NCBI RefSeq assembly: GCF_025370875.1
Contig: NZ_JAMXFD010000004.1
Coordinates: forward strand, 260,777 to 280,512
DNA from: Laspinema palackyanum D2c
Lineage (GTDB): Bacteria > Cyanobacteriota > Cyanobacteriia > Cyanobacteriales > Laspinemataceae
DNA length: 19,736 nucleotides
Direction: 5' to 3'
The stretch's first letter is position 1; every line of letters starts with the position of its first letter. Position numbers and translations under genes: made by a program. The notes beneath the pieces were generated by a model. That model was given only the letters and a program-made list of their open reading frames with translations, had not been told where the DNA came from and made no database searches. This document shows positions 18,401 through 19,736 of this stretch, in pieces.

Positions 18401-19736
18401 TAATTTCCCATTTTCATCTAATAACCGTCCCTGAATATTAACAATGGACCGTCCATCGGCAGGCACTCTTTTTTCAACGGTTTCTACGGCAATTTCTGCG
18501 GCTCCTCCTGAGACAAATACGGTGACCAAAGATCCATTAACCGTTGCTCCAACCACGCGGATGGCGATCGCATTTTCCCCAGATTGTAAGGGAATCCCCA
18601 CCCAGGTTTGCGTCACCATCCCGGTATTACTATCCCGTTCCGTTTGTCCGACGGCATCGGAAGATACCAGATTCCCGTTTACCAGGAGTTCGATTTCCGT
18701 CCCTTCCGGAAATTGCACAATAATCTGGGTTGCTGGAACCCCCAACATTTCCCCCGGGGTTGGCGACAGGATCCGGATGCCACTCTCCGATTGTGCGATC
18801 GCTTCCGTGGCAGTTTCTAAATTTTCCCCAGTCCCTCTTGACCCTGGATTGGCTTCTGCTATAATGGGGGAAAGGGGGTTCTCTGTCAAAAATTGGTAAT
18901 TTTGCGAAGTTTCTCCCACACCCAAATTTATCTCTAAATCCAAAGACTCCCGACTACTAACTGTCGCTACGTTTGTAAGTCGGTTAACAATATCTGTAAT
19001 CCTTGTAAATTCAGTATTTTCAAGCCATATCGCTGATTTCATCGGATAGACATCGGGCAAATTTTCTGTTGCTGCAAATGTGGGTACAGATAAGGGAGCA
19101 ATCTGGAGTAAATTGTGGTCTCCAACTGCTACATTTGTCACAATATTTGTTGTGACATCGCTCCTCGCACTATTAACGCAAAAACCCCCCATTTTGCACA
19201 AATTTTCAGGCGTATTAAGTAAAAAAGCTACATCTGTTACTCTTAGTGTTGCTACAGAATTTAGGTATTTTTTGCCCGAAAATTCTGATATATTGGACGA
19301 TTCCTGGAAATCCCAAAAATTTCTTTGTGCTTCCAACAACCCGAGATTTTGGATGATTTCTGGGGACAACAACATCCCAGTGTCACTGGAGGCGATCGGG
19401 AAAATTGGCCCTAATTCAGGATCCGTTGTCTGAATTGGGGACAACTTTTCATCGGACAGAGTAAATTGCAGATGCTCTGTTGACAATAATCTGTTATGGG
19501 GTGTTTCCCCTGAGATATTGCTGGAATTAGCGGCATCGGGGACTGTTGCAGGGAAAGCATTCCCAGAAGTTGTCTCAATTTCCGATAACTTTTTATCGGA
19601 ACCTGTAACAAATTGCAGATGCTCTGTTGACAATAATCTGTTATCGGGTGTTTCCCCTAAGATATTGCTGGAATTAGCGGCATCGGGGACTGTTGCAGGG
19701 AAAGCATTCCCAGAAGTTGTCTCAATTTCCGATAAC
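15413..19736 (-). CDS. very large outer-membrane beta-barrel protein with N-terminal 49-aa tandem repeats and Big-1-like Ig domain(s); 5' partial (frame open to window edge; TTG at 19633 is only the first in-window start)
   Basis: C-terminal ~900 aa with alternating aromatic/hydrophobic strand pattern (YRFGYRWDV, GVVAEVGYYL, LGLGYVFGKV, YIGLTVKLNELW); Big-1-like VPADGRSIVNIQGRLLDENGKLV...ITLSASAGTL; no stop between 19634 and window end. Confidence 0.7.
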   Translation of the reverse strand, partial: LSEIETTSGNAFPATVPDAANSSNILGETPDNRLLSTEHLQFVTGSDKKLSEIETTSGNAFPATVPDAANSSNISGETPHNRLLSTEHLQFTLSDEKLSPIQTTDPELGPIFPIASSDTGMLLSPEIIQNLGLLEAQRNFWDFQESSNISEFSGKKYLNSVATLRVTDVAFLLNTPENLCKMGGFCVNSARSDVTTNIVTNVAVGDHNLLQIAPLSVPTFAATENLPDVYPMKSAIWLENTEFTRITDIVNRLTNVATVSSRESLDLEINLGVGETSQNYQFLTENPLSPIIAEANPGSRGTGENLETATEAIAQSESGIRILSPTPGEMLGVPATQIIVQFPEGTEIELLVNGNLVSSDAVGQTERDSNTGMVTQTWVGIPLQSGENAIAIRVVGATVNGSLVTVFVSGGAAEIAVETVEKRVPADGRSIVNIQGRLLDENGKLVERDTEITLSASAGTLMGEDLNLDQAGFQVPVIAGEFTAQLQSPLDAQTVRIRAATDTETIAGRSLEAFTQIQFDTYLRPSLVTGGINLRFGRRGLDYWGRLRDFLPPDENNEFKLDVTGAAFATGELGGWLFTGAYNSERSLNCDCSGNRRRLFSDTQFSEQNYPLYGDASTVQATAPSSDSVFLRFERSSSEENAGLDYFMWGNYGTSEFANESQQFTALTRALQGFKGNYNWGQWQVSALFANDVQGFQRDAIAPDGTSGFYFLSHRLVIPGSENLFLELEELGRPGNIVRRQQLNRGSDYEIDYDRGSILFRRPLLRTDVVTVNGVETVVARRIVATYQHEDLDGNTNLWGGRVRYNFSRDFNTPGWLGATYLRQNQGIRDFELYGADFMLTFGKEAPQEVTDYREEEVPNFRTPVSGQFIAEYAHSTNDSELLGLVTGEAYRFELNAIGGPFSSRLYYRNTDEGFANDATVSFVPGQTRYGALLNSRLTNTTLLQFAYDHEKNFGNSPRPISAIEDFLTPRREPIPGMGLNNSLTTISAGLQQTIGRANLGLDWVWRNRKDEVATSPLDATSSQLRSRFSMPITDTINIRAQNEFNLLKEEDVVYPDRTILGLDWRLVPGVTLELNQVWFTGGQYEDNSITSLNLNGDYNVTEDTIVTGRYSFINGQTMGAALGLQHGWTVFPGFRVNFAYEHVFGSLFSRTGAGSEFAQPYAPGQSAAALGILSGDSYSVGFDYTGNPDFAASARYEHRFSSSGNNTVISAAASGKLTDSLSVLTRYQQASSSNQLFDEMGDTVNLRMGLAYRNPNSDKFNALLRYDYRQNPALIPNSILFDSGTRARDHTFALESIYTPNWRWEFYGKTALRQSTSYLADDLVGTSLVSLNQLRATYRFGYRWDVMGEGRWIHQTNANYDEWGVVAEVGYYLTPDLRLGLGYVFGKVSDRDFNGDRSASGPYIGLTVKLNELWPGFGQVIPPPAAEGTAPQSTNNSNP
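19463..19736. repeat. 147-bp (49-aa) in-frame tandem repeat at the 5' end of the OMP gene; about 1.9 copies visible, truncated by the window edge; degenerate copy 19411-19462
   Basis: AAATTGCAGATGCTCTGTTGACAATAATCTGTTAT at 19463 and 19610; ...TTGTCTCAATTTCCGATAAC at 19570 and 19716. Confidence 0.85.

Overview
The window looks cyanobacterial: the HIP1 octamer GCGATCGC occurs dozens of times, GC is about 50%, and SD-less starts are common. I found no rRNA, tRNA or CRISPR.

The plus-strand half (1-6220) carries housekeeping and accessory genes:
- a 5'-truncated GTPase HflX;
- a PEP-CTERM (exosortase-sorted) secreted protein;
- a glutaredoxin gene (grxC) next to a glutathione synthetase gene (gshB);
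- a Gfo/Idh/MocA oxidoreductase.

Both intergenic regions flanking the oxidoreductase gene (4869-5005 and 6231-6457) are packed with a 34-bp palindromic REP/BIME-like repeat family. Some units are in inverted pairs that look like MITE-type composites.

After a divergent pair of small hypothetical genes (6474-7627), everything from 7808 to the window end is on the minus strand:
- a secreted MORN-repeat protein;
- a highly repetitive proline-rich lipoprotein;
- a class I SAM methyltransferase;
- a tightly packed module of lipoprotein, DUF11/CARDB-type giant repeat surface protein and a very large beta-barrel outer-membrane protein.

That OMP (over 1400 aa) has Big-1-like Ig domains and in-frame 147-bp N-terminal tandem repeats, and it runs off the window edge. 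The OMP/DUF11/lipoprotein module is the best candidate here for an uncharacterised surface-export or adhesin system.
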